A stretch of DNA of 62,486 bases, counting the filler, from a bacterium (lineage in GTDB: Bacteria; JBDRGX01): assembly GCA_043817485.1 (NCBI GenBank). It is 8 parts of 8 records of this genome, joined end to end, with 100 filler letters (N's around TTAATTAATTAA, not from the genome) between each part and the next. Parts side by side here need not be neighbours in the genome. Positions count along the whole stretch, not along the records: positions 1 to 13,736 come from JBDRGX010000115.1; 7 more parts are not named here. One strand, written 5' to 3'. The notes under the pieces were generated by a model. It had not been told where the DNA came from, searched no databases, and saw only the letters and a program-made list of their open reading frames with translations. The translations under genes and the position numbers were made by a program. Numbering within the stretch: the stretch's first letter is position 1; each line of letters starts with the position of its first letter. Below are positions 1 through 9,102 of this stretch, in pieces.

Positions 1-110
1 TATTCATTGATTTGCATCTCCTTTTTTTTTATTTTTTTTTATTTATAGTATAAAAAAGGGGGGAGAAGCAAATAAAATCTTAATAATTGCTAATAATAAG
101 CATTTTAAAG

Positions 111-139
111 CGTATTGTCAAAATACTTTTGACAATACG
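111..139. mobile_element. End of an IS-like insertion (TTTTGACAATAC terminus within a 13-bp perfect inverted repeat), followed by target duplication GATATTCCT
   Basis: CGTATTGTCAAAA-TAC-TTTTGACAATACG at 111-139. The same terminus TTTTGACAATAC occurs at 13964-13975 next to the reverse complement of GATATTCCT. Confidence 0.65.
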
Positions 140-252
140 ATATTCCTAATAGAGCATTGAAAATGATTAAAGAATGGGCTGAGCAATACCAATCAGAATT
201 GCTGAATATGTGGAAAAATCAGCAGTTCAAAAAACTTTCAGGATTGGAGTAG
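139..252 (+). pseudogene. 3' half of a DUF4160-family gene (partner of DUF2442), interrupted by an insertion
   Basis: Translates DIPNRALKMIKEWAEQYQSELLNMWKNQQFKKLSGLE*, a typical DUF4160 C-terminus. It has no start codon and sits directly upstream of DUF2442. Confidence 0.8.
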
Positions 253-258
253 ACTATT

Positions 259-519
259 ATGCAAATTTATCCCAAAGTTAAATCCGTTGCTCCATTAGAA
301 GACAGATGTTTGCTTGTAATTTTTGATAATGGGATACGTAAATTATATAACTGTAAACCATTATTGAAAACAGAAATATTTGCTTTTCTTGAAAATGAAT
401 GGCTTTTCAAATCAGTTCAAGTCGATATAGGTGGTTATGGAATAAGTTGGGGTGAAGAAATAGATTTGAGTGAATCGGAATTATGGAAAAATGGCCAAGG
501 GTTGAGTAAAGATAAATGA
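259..519 (+). CDS. DUF2442 domain protein (DUF4160/DUF2442 toxin-antitoxin-like pair)
   Basis: VKSVAPLEDRCLLVIFDNG...GGYGISWGEEIDLSESELW pattern; 86 aa. Confidence 0.85.
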   Translation: MQIYPKVKSVAPLEDRCLLVIFDNGIRKLYNCKPLLKTEIFAFLENEWLFKSVQVDIGGYGISWGEEIDLSESELWKNGQGLSKDK

Positions 520-702
520 TTTTTTTTTGAATTTTTAAGCACTTACCATTTTTTCATTAGATATAAATTAAAAAGGAAGTATTTGCTATGGTTAGGGAAG
601 AAAAGGTTTTGGATACCAAGGTTTTTTTAGAGGCTTTGGTGGGATTCACAAAGGAATATTTTAGATTGAGAAGAAATTCAAAATTTTATAAGGGGATATT
701 TT

Positions 703-1110
703 ATGGGTACAGATAATAATAAACTAATCGTTTTTGAAAATAAAAAAATCCGTCGTGTTTGGCAGAATGACGAATGGTATTTTTCAGTTGTTGATGTTGT
801 AGAAGTTTTAACGGATAGCCCTACTCCAAGACAATACTGGGGGAAGGTGAAGCAAAGGGAATTTATTGATATTGAGTTGTCCCCAATTTGGATACAACTG
901 AAATTAGAGTCATCAGATGGTAAAAGATATGAAACTGATTGTGCCAATACCGAGACTATGTTTCGTATTATTCAGTCAATCCCTTCACCAAAAGCCGAAC
1001 CATTCAAAAGATGGTTGGCGAAAGTCGGTTATGAAAGGGTCCAGGAAATAGAAAATCCCGAGATTGCACAGGAAATAATGAAGGGCTCTCTATGAACAAA
1101 AGGGATACCC
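703..1110 (+). pseudogene. BRO-N domain (phage antirepressor-like) protein, frameshifted and truncated
   Basis: IRRVWQNDEWYFSVVDVV...FRIIQSIPSPKAEPFKRWLAKVGYER. The expected continuation LYEQKGYP is in another frame at about 1089-1110, then the sequence switches to CheR. Confidence 0.75.
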
Positions 1111-1335
1111 GTCACAGATGCCTCATTTAACGAATTTAATGTGATTTTGTGCCGAAATGTGATGATATATTTTAACAAACAGCTTTCTGAATATGTGCAT
1201 AAATTATTATACGATAGTCTTGCTCTTTTTGGCATTCTTTGTCTTGGGACAAAAGAATCAATCAGATTCACGCCGTATGAAGATTGCTATGAGGCAATGG
1301 ATGATAGGCAGAAGGTGTGGAAAAAAATTAAATAG
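1111..1335 (+). pseudogene. C-terminal fragment of a CheR-type methyltransferase
   Basis: VTDASFNEFNVILCRNVMIYFNKQL...GILCLGTKES is the CheR C-terminal motif; the N-terminal part is absent. Confidence 0.75.
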
Positions 1336-1533
1336 AGAAGAGTAATCATCTCTTGAAAATAGAATAAAGGATAGAAAATTATTATTTAAAAAAACTTGAC
1401 AATAAAATAATAAAAAATTTAATTATTCACAACAAAGAATTTTTTTGTAATTACAACAATGAAAGGAGAAAGTTATAAAATAACTTACAAAAAATTCATT
1501 AATAAAAAAAATTAGCAAGGGAGGCTAAAAACA

Positions 1534-2280
1534 ATGAAAAAATGTACATTAGTAATAATTGGTATTTTTATTATAAGCTTTTTAAATATTAAAGCTGATG
1601 TGAAAATATTTGGAACAAATGTTTGTGAAGATACTTATTTAACAGAAGAATGGGCTGATTGTTCTGAAGGAGGATATCATACATTTTATATTCATCCAAC
1701 AGGAATGGGAATGGAAAAAAGAGCATTAATAAAATTTAAAAATATATTTAAATCTGATGGTGGGACAATAGCAAATGGTTCAACTATTGAATCTGCTTTT
1801 TTAAAACTTTCTCATTATGGTGAAAATTATGTTTTTAATCCAGGTAAATTTGAAATTTATAGAGTAAAAAAAGCATGGGGAGAAGGAACTCTTACAAAAA
1901 GCGATAGAGAACAAGGTGCTGCTTGTTGGCTTCAAGGTAAGTATGGATTACCTAGTTCAAAATGGGAAATAGCAGGATGTGATGGAGAAAATGATAGAAC
2001 TCAAGTACCAGGAGGAAAAGGAGAAGTACTTTCTGTAAACGATGGAATTGTAAGTTTTGATATTGATATAACTTCCATTGTTAAAGAATGGTCTAATGGA
2101 GAACCTAATTATGGATTTATTATTATTTCCAAAGGATTAGGAAGAGATGGTAACTGGCCTGGATTTAGTTTTATAAGTCGTAATGATAAAATTCCAAACT
2201 CATCTTTATTAACAATTGAATATTCTGCTTCTTCTATTGAAAATACAAATTGGGGAAAAGTAAAACAATTATTTAGATAA
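1534..2280 (+). CDS. Secreted DNRLRE-like domain protein with C-terminal WGxxK motif
   Basis: Signal peptide, RALIKF, IESAFLKL, DITSIVKEW..NYGFII motifs; ends SSIENTNWGKVKQLFR; GGAGG RBS. Confidence 0.65.
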   Translation: MKKCTLVIIGIFIISFLNIKADVKIFGTNVCEDTYLTEEWADCSEGGYHTFYIHPTGMGMEKRALIKFKNIFKSDGGTIANGSTIESAFLKLSHYGENYVFNPGKFEIYRVKKAWGEGTLTKSDREQGAACWLQGKYGLPSSKWEIAGCDGENDRTQVPGGKGEVLSVNDGIVSFDIDITSIVKEWSNGEPNYGFIIISKGLGRDGNWPGFSFISRNDKIPNSSLLTIEYSASSIENTNWGKVKQLFR

Positions 2281-2301
2281 AAATTAAAAAGCATTTGTAG
2301 T

Positions 2302-2336
2302 AAAAAAGGGATTGGGTTTTTCCAATCCCTTTTTTT
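2302..2336. terminator. Bidirectional rho-independent terminator
   Basis: AAAAAAGGGATTGG-loop-CCAATCCCTTTTTT between convergent genes. Confidence 0.85.
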
Positions 2337-2392
2337 GTTATTTACATAAATGGATTTTTTTGCTTGTATGATGAACCGAGATTGAATCCAAT

Positions 2393-2424
2393 ATTAAACC
2401 GACGATTTAAATCGTCGGTTTAAT
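2393..2424. repeat. REP-like perfect palindrome (family A, core GACGATTTAAATCGTC)
   Basis: 32-bp perfect palindrome ATTAAACCGACGATTTAAATCGTCGGTTTAAT; related copies at 6811-6844 and 28331-28352. Confidence 0.8.
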
Positions 2425-3100
2425 TATTTCTATCTCTTAAAATAAGCATTCTAACAAGTTGCATAACTGCCATTGCTGTAGCTGCAAAATAAGTTAATCC
2501 AGCAGCAGATAGCATTTGTTTTGCACCCAAAATTTCATTATTTACTAAAATTTCTTCTTGCTCAAGAATTTTTAAAGCTCTTTGACTTGCATTAACTTCT
2601 ACAGGTAAAGTAATAAAAGAAAAAACAACAGCACCAAAATAAATCAAAATTCCTAAATCCATTAAAAATTTATTATGTAAAAAAAAGAAGCCAATAAAAA
2701 ATAAAGGAAAAGCTAAATTAGAACCTAAATTAGCTACTGGAACAATAGCATTTCGTATTTGAAGAGGAAAATAAAGTTTGTGATGTTGAATAGCATGACC
2801 AGCTTCATGAGCTGCAATGCTTAAAGCAGCTATCGATGAATTATTGAAAACATTCGAAGAAAGTCTTATTGTTCTATCTCGTGAATCATAATGATCTGTC
2901 ATTTCTCCATGAATAGATTCCACAGATACATTATTTATTCCATATTTTTTTAAAATAATTTTTGCTATTTCTTGCCCTGTTAATCCTTTTTGAGTTTTTA
3001 TTTTAGCATATTTAGAATAATTTTTTTTTATTTTATGTTGTGACCACATTGCTAAAATCATTACTGGAATAAGTAAAAAAAAAGTAGAATCAAAAAACAT
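2420..3100 (-). CDS. Membrane zinc metallopeptidase (YugP/Zn_peptidase_2 family)
   Basis: TDHYD, AAHEAGHAIQH, TLPVEVNASQRA motifs. Confidence 0.9.
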   Translation of the reverse strand: MFFDSTFFLLIPVMILAMWSQHKIKKNYSKYAKIKTQKGLTGQEIAKIILKKYGINNVSVESIHGEMTDHYDSRDRTIRLSSNVFNNSSIAALSIAAHEAGHAIQHHKLYFPLQIRNAIVPVANLGSNLAFPLFFIGFFFLHNKFLMDLGILIYFGAVVFSFITLPVEVNASQRALKILEQEEILVNNEILGAKQMLSAAGLTYFAATAMAVMQLVRMLILRDRNN

Positions 3101-3145
3101 TTTATTCCCTCCTTATGTTATAATAATAAATATTAGTTATTTATT

Positions 3146-4855
3146 TTAAAATATTTTGATATTTTCTTTTTCTTGCATTGTTTTTTGATATATTTTTCTT
3201 AAAATTTCTTTTGCTTTAGGAATATTTTCTAATTCTAATGCTTTAATCATATAGGGAATTATAGGTTGTCCAATTTTTATTAAAGCTTGCGCAATTTCAT
3301 CTACATTCATATTATTATTTTCCTTACTTTGTTTTTGTAATAAAATTATTAAAAATGGAATTGCTTCTTCACTTTTTATTTCTCCTAATGTCCAAATAAT
3401 TTTTGATTGAATCAAAACATCTGGTTCTTTTTTAAAAAAATTTATTAAATCAGGTACTATAATTTTATTTCCTATTATTCCTAATGTTTCTATATTTACA
3501 ATTTTCATATTTAATTTTGTTTTTTTATTTTTTAAATCTTTAAGTAAATAAATAATAGCTTTTTCATATTTTAATTTTCCTAAAGATTTAGCAGCAGATT
3601 CTTTTACTTCTGAATCTTTTTCTTTTCTATATGCTTTTAATAAAGTAGAGCTTGTTTTTTTATCTTCAATTTTTCCTACTTTTCCTAAAGATAAAGCACA
3701 ATTGCTTCTTACTTCAGAATCAGAATCTTTTCTTAAACTATTAATTAAAGCCATTACAACTTCATCTTTTTGAAAATTACCTAAACTTATAGCACAAGCT
3801 TTTCTTACAGACACAATTTCATCCTTTTTTAGTAAATCAATTAAAAAAGAAATAGCTTTTTCATATTTTTCTTTTTCTATTATTTCAATAACTGCAAGTC
3901 GAACAAACCAAATATCATCTTTTAAATATTTAATTAAAATAGGAGAAAAAGTTTGGTTTTTAAATTTTCCAAGAGAAATAATAGATGCTTTTCTTATCCA
4001 TGGATTTGGATCATTTAATAATTGCTGAATTATTAAAATAGCTTCTTCTTTCCCAAATTCTCCTAAAGATATTATTGCTTTAATTTTTATTTTTTCATCA
4101 GGATTTTTTATATCATCTATTAGTTCATAAAATGTTTTTTTCTTTTTTTCAATATCTATTTTTTCTTTTTGTTTTATTTCTATGATATTATTTAATAACA
4201 AATCCATATTTTTTGTATTTCTAAGTGTTTCTATTTGTTCTGTTGCTAATAAACATTCAAACCACATTGGATCGTTTTCTAAAATTTTTTTTAAAGATGC
4301 ATTTATTGTAGGATTTTTAAATTTTGATAGAGATAAAATAATAGATCCTTTTAAATTTTGTTGAGTAGAATCTAAAGTAGATAGTTTTTCTAATAAAAGA
4401 CAAGAAGATTCATCACATTTAATTTCACCTAATACTTCAATAGTAGTTTTACAGATAGATTCATTTTCATCATATAATGTTTTTTTCAAATAAGGCATTA
4501 TTTTTTTTTGTTCAAATTGTTGTAAAGCATAAATTGCAGCTTTTTTTACAAACCATATTTTTTCTTGTTCTAATATAGAAATAAAAGTAGAAAATAATTC
4601 TTTGTTTTTCATTTTAGATAAAGATTCTACAGCAGCTTCTCTTACCCATTCATTTTCATCAGAAGTAGCAATTTTTATTAAATATGGCATTGTTTCTTTA
4701 TTTGTAGTTTCACTTACAATTGTTACTCTAATTTTCCAATCTGAATTTTCTACATTACTAATAAAATTAGAAAGAGAAAATTTTTGAGATATTTTTTCTG
4801 AATAACAAAAATTACATAATAATATAAATAAGAAAAAACATATTTTTTTATTCAT
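3146..4855 (-). CDS. HEAT-repeat (PBS lyase-like) protein with signal peptide
   Basis: Repeated D.d.wVR.aA..aLG units throughout. Confidence 0.85.
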   Translation of the reverse strand: MNKKICFFLFILLCNFCYSEKISQKFSLSNFISNVENSDWKIRVTIVSETTNKETMPYLIKIATSDENEWVREAAVESLSKMKNKELFSTFISILEQEKIWFVKKAAIYALQQFEQKKIMPYLKKTLYDENESICKTTIEVLGEIKCDESSCLLLEKLSTLDSTQQNLKGSIILSLSKFKNPTINASLKKILENDPMWFECLLATEQIETLRNTKNMDLLLNNIIEIKQKEKIDIEKKKKTFYELIDDIKNPDEKIKIKAIISLGEFGKEEAILIIQQLLNDPNPWIRKASIISLGKFKNQTFSPILIKYLKDDIWFVRLAVIEIIEKEKYEKAISFLIDLLKKDEIVSVRKACAISLGNFQKDEVVMALINSLRKDSDSEVRSNCALSLGKVGKIEDKKTSSTLLKAYRKEKDSEVKESAAKSLGKLKYEKAIIYLLKDLKNKKTKLNMKIVNIETLGIIGNKIIVPDLINFFKKEPDVLIQSKIIWTLGEIKSEEAIPFLIILLQKQSKENNNMNVDEIAQALIKIGQPIIPYMIKALELENIPKAKEILRKIYQKTMQEKENIKIF

Positions 4856-4884
4856 TATACTCCTCTGACATATAATGTCTTTTT

Positions 4885-5754
4885 TTAATAAATTACTTTA
4901 TTAAGTGGATATTCTACTATTCCTTGAGCACCAGCTCTTTTTAAATCTGGAATTAATTTTTTAACAGATTTTTCATTAATAATAGTATCTATTGCAATCC
5001 AATTTTCATTAGAAAGATGAGAAATAGTAGGTTTTTTTAAAGCAGGAAGTAATTCTAATATTTTAGGAAGATTATCTTTGTGAATATTCATTTTTAATCC
5101 TACCATTTGTTCAGCCAAAAGAGCCCCTTGAAGAAGGATAGAAAGACTTTCAATTTTTTTGTGCTTCCATAGATTTTTCCAACTTTTTTTATTAGCAATA
5201 AGTTTAGTAGTAGATTCTAAAAGAGTATCAATAATCCGAAGTTTATGAGCATTTAAAGAAGCACCTGTTTCTGTTAATTCTACAATAGCATCTACAAATT
5301 CTGGAGCTTTAATTTCTGTAGATCCCCAAGAATATTCTACTTTTGCTTTAATATTATTTTTCTTTAAATATTGTTTAGTTACATTAACCAATTCTGTAGC
5401 AATTTTTTTTCCATTTAAGTCTTTTATTGTTTGAATATGAGAATGTTCTGGAACAGCAAGTACCCATCTTACTGGTCTTAATCCTTGTTTAGCATAAATA
5501 AGATCTATGATTTCCTGTACTTTGGCATTATTTTCTTTTATCCAATCTTTTCCTGTTAATCCAGCATCAAGAATTCCTTCATCTACATATCTTGGAATTT
5601 CTTGAGCTCGAAGAAGACGCAAACTTATTTCATCATCATCAATAGAAGGAATTAAAGATCTTTCATTAATTACAATATTAAATCCAGCTTTTTTAAAAAG
5701 AAGAACTGTAGCATTTTGCAAACTACCCTTTGGTATTCCTAATATAAGTTTCAT
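4885..5754 (-). CDS. hisG: ATP phosphoribosyltransferase, long form
   Basis: LGIPKGSL, RAQEIPRYV, DAGLTGKDW, DAIVELTETGASL plus C-terminal regulatory domain. Confidence 0.95.
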   Translation of the reverse strand: MKLILGIPKGSLQNATVLLFKKAGFNIVINERSLIPSIDDDEISLRLLRAQEIPRYVDEGILDAGLTGKDWIKENNAKVQEIIDLIYAKQGLRPVRWVLAVPEHSHIQTIKDLNGKKIATELVNVTKQYLKKNNIKAKVEYSWGSTEIKAPEFVDAIVELTETGASLNAHKLRIIDTLLESTTKLIANKKSWKNLWKHKKIESLSILLQGALLAEQMVGLKMNIHKDNLPKILELLPALKKPTISHLSNENWIAIDTIINEKSVKKLIPDLKRAGAQGIVEYPLNKVIY

Positions 5755-5815
5755 TTATATCTCCTAAAATTAATTGTTTATTTTTATATTAAATTTAATT
5801 AATCTGTCAAGAATA

Positions 5816-6705
5816 TTATGCTCGTGGATGAGTTTTATCATAAACAGATTTTAAACGAGTTGTAGTAATATGTGTATAGATTTGTGTAGATGTTAAATTT
5901 GCATGACCTAATAATTCCTGAACAGCTCTTAAATCACAACCTGCATCTAATAAATGAGTAGCAAAACTATGACGAAAAGTATGTGGACTTACTTTTTTGT
6001 AAATACCTAATTGTTTTAAACATTTGTTTATTATATTTCTAATAGATCTAACTGTTAATCTTCCCCCATTTTTATTAAGAAATAATGCCTTTTCTTGCAT
6101 TTTTTTTTTTTAGCTAATTCATTTCTTTTTAAAAGATATTTTTTAATAGAATTAAGTGCTTTTTCTCCAATAGGAACAATTCTTTGTTTTTTTCCTTTTC
6201 CAAAAACCTTTATAAGTCCTCCAATAAAATCTATATTATCTAAATCAAGAAATACTAATTCAGAAACTCTGATACCAGTAGAATATAAAGTTTCTAAAAT
6301 AGCATTATTGCGAATTCCAAGAATTTTATCTTTTTCTATATGATCTAACAAGTTAAATATTTCATCTATATCTAAAAAATTTGGTAATTTTTTTTCTTGT
6401 TTTGGAGTAATTACATATTTAGCTGGATTTGTTTTGATATATCCTTCTCTTAATAAAAAATTAAAAAAACTTTTTAAAGTAGCTAATTTACGAGCAATAC
6501 TTGTTTTTTTATATTCTTTTTCTTTGAGATACGCCAAAAATTTTCTAATTAATTGATATGTAATAGAAAAAATATCTTCACAATTTTCTTTTTGAAAAAA
6601 TTCAATTGATTGTTTTAAATCATTTTTATAATTTATAATAGTATGTGAAGATGCATTCATTTCTACTTCTAAAAATTTAAAAAATTTACTAACATAAGTT
6701 TTCAT
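5816..6705 (-). pseudogene. xerC: Tyrosine recombinase XerC, frameshifted in a 12-A run at 6100-6111 (possibly a sequencing error)
   Basis: N-part has SIARKLATLKSFF, LYSTGIRVSEL, GKGKKQR; C-part has SPHTFRHSFATHLL, QELLGH, TQIYTH, HPRA. Confidence 0.85.
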
Positions 6706-6810
6706 TAAACAAATCTTTATTTTATTTTAAATATTTTTTTATGAATTATGACAATTTTAAAATAATCTGTCAATAAAAAAAATAAATTACAAAAAAAAAT
6801 TAATACTAAT

Positions 6811-6844
6811 CCTTGAACTGACGATTTAAATCGTCAGTTCAAGG
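6811..6844. repeat. REP-like perfect palindrome (family A)
   Basis: CCTTGAACTGACGATTTAAATCGTCAGTTCAAGG, 34-bp perfect palindrome. Confidence 0.8.
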
Positions 6845-7085
6845 TATTAGCAAAAGTAAAACAATATAAAATTTTGAATTGGAAAATTTCATATTCTCGA
6901 TCTAAAATCATTTTTATATTTTTAAATGCGACTTGATTTAAGTAATTGCAATTTTTACTTTTTTAAAAGCAAACTTTTTAAATAAGAAATTAAAAAATTT
7001 CAAAAAAATATTGACAAAAAACCATTTTTTTTAATTGTATGTTTAATGTTAATAATTTTATTTAACACTAAAGGAGTATTTTTTT

Positions 7086-7388
7086 ATGCAAAAGACTGCA
7101 CATGAAATAATGCAAGAAGTTGATTTTAAAAAATTAGTAAGCCAAAAAAATCGTATTTCTATACTTTTGACTATAATTCAATCAATACTTTATTTTGGAT
7201 TTATTGGATTAATTGCTTTTAATAAACCTTTTCTTATGTCAAAAATCTCAAAATCAATTACTATCGGAATTCCAATTGCTATAAGTGTTATTATTTTATC
7301 TTGGATACTTACTGGTATTTACATTTTTTGGGCAAATCAAAAATATGATATCTTAGTTAAAAATATTAAAGAAAAAATAGGAGAATAA
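7086..7388 (+). CDS. DUF485 (YjcH-like) membrane protein
   Basis: Two TM segments, [14 protein letters not shown] motif, directly upstream of actP. Confidence 0.9.
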   Translation: MQKTAHEIMQEVDFKKLVSQKNRISILLTIIQSILYFGFIGLIAFNKPFLMSKISKSITIGIPIAISVIILSWILTGIYIFWANQKYDILVKNIKEKIGE

Positions 7389-7390
7389 TA

Positions 7391-9097
7391 GTGATACAAG
7401 AAATACAAACAACAATAGGTCAAGTTCATTTATCATCAATTTTTTTCTTTTTGGTATTTATAATAAGTACTTTAATTATTACTTATTGGGCAGCAAAAAA
7501 AACAAAAACTACAAGTGAATTTTATGCTGCTAATAGAAGTATAAGTGGATTTCAAAATGGTCTTGCTCTTGCAGGCGATTATATGAGCGCTGCTTCATTT
7601 CTTGGAATTGCTGGATTAGTTTCAACAAAAGGATATGATGGACTTATTTATTCAGTAGGATGGCTTGTAGGATGGCCTATTCTTACATTTCTTATTGCAG
7701 AACCATTAAGAAATCTTGGTAAATATACTTATGCAGATGTTGTTGCTTATAGATTAAAGCAACGACCTGTTAAAACAGCTGCAAGCATTGGATCGCTTGC
7801 TACTATTCTTGTTTATCTTATTGCTCAAATGGTAGGTGCTGGAACTTTAATTAAGCTTATGTTTGGATTACCATACGAAGTTGCTATTATTGTTGTAGGA
7901 GTTTTAATAATTGCTTATGTTCTTTTTGGTGGAATGATTGCAACAACTTGGGTTCAAATTATTAAAGCAGTTTTACTTCTTTTTGGTGCTACTGTTCTCG
8001 TACTTCTTACTCTTGCAAAATTTGGATTTAGTTATGAAAAACTTTTTGCAAAAGTAGAAACTTTATATACTACTTCTTTTCTTGTTCCTGGTGGTCTTAT
8101 TAGTAGTCCTATTGAAGCATTTTCATTAGGACTTGCTCTTATATTTGGAACAGCTGGACTTCCACATATTCTTATGAGATTCTATACAGTTCCAAATGCA
8201 AAAGAAGCACGAAAATCAGTTTTTTACGCAACAGGGTTTATTGGGTATTTTTACATTCTTACAGTTACTATTGGATTTGGTGCTGCAGCTCTTATTGGAC
8301 AAAAAATTATTACTAATATAGATAAAGGTGGCAATATGGCAGCTCCTCTTCTTGCTGAAGCTCTTGGAGGAACAATGTTTCTTGGATTTCTTGCAGCTGT
8401 TGCTTTTGCAACTATTTTGGCTGTTGTTGCTGGATTAACATTATCTGGTGCTTCTACTCTTTCTCATGATTTATATGTAGGAGTTATAAGACGTGGTCGT
8501 TCTTCTGAAAAAGAAGAAGTTAAAATTGCTAAACTTGCAACTGTATGTCTTGGAATTTTAGCTATTTTATTAGGACTTTTATTTAAAGGACAAAATGTAG
8601 CTTTCATGGTAGGACTTGCTTTTGCAATTGCTTCAAGTGCTAATTTTCCAGCACTTCTTTTATCTATTATATGGAAAAAATTTACTACAAAGGGAGCTGT
8701 TGCAAGTATACTTACAGGACTTATTTTAGCAGTAGGACTTATTATTTTAAGCCCAACTATTTGGGTTGATATTTTTCATGCAAAAGAAAAAGCTAGTATA
8801 GAAACACAAATTAAAGATTTAGAAACTAAAACACAAGAAAAAATTAAAGAATTGGAAATTAAAAAAGACACCCAAATTCTTATTGTTCAAGAAAAAGAAC
8901 AATTGGAAATTAAAAAAACAGAATTAAGCAATAATATGCCAAAAGCTATTTTCCCAATGAAAAATCCAGCTATATTTTCAATGACTTTAGCTTTTCTTAT
9001 AGGCATTATAGTTTCTCTTTTATCTAAAGAAAAATCAGCTGAAGAAAAATTTGAATCTGAAAAATTAAGAGCATATACTGGTTTTGGAGCAGAATAA
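7391..9097 (+). CDS. actP: Cation/acetate symporter (SSS family)
   Basis: [48 protein letters not shown]. Confidence 0.92.
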   Translation: MIQEIQTTIGQVHLSSIFFFLVFIISTLIITYWAAKKTKTTSEFYAANRSISGFQNGLALAGDYMSAASFLGIAGLVSTKGYDGLIYSVGWLVGWPILTFLIAEPLRNLGKYTYADVVAYRLKQRPVKTAASIGSLATILVYLIAQMVGAGTLIKLMFGLPYEVAIIVVGVLIIAYVLFGGMIATTWVQIIKAVLLLFGATVLVLLTLAKFGFSYEKLFAKVETLYTTSFLVPGGLISSPIEAFSLGLALIFGTAGLPHILMRFYTVPNAKEARKSVFYATGFIGYFYILTVTIGFGAAALIGQKIITNIDKGGNMAAPLLAEALGGTMFLGFLAAVAFATILAVVAGLTLSGASTLSHDLYVGVIRRGRSSEKEEVKIAKLATVCLGILAILLGLLFKGQNVAFMVGLAFAIASSANFPALLLSIIWKKFTTKGAVASILTGLILAVGLIILSPTIWVDIFHAKEKASIETQIKDLETKTQEKIKELEIKKDTQILIVQEKEQLEIKKTELSNNMPKAIFPMKNPAIFSMTLAFLIGIIVSLLSKEKSAEEKFESEKLRAYTGFGAE

Positions 9098-9102
9098 ATT
9101 TT

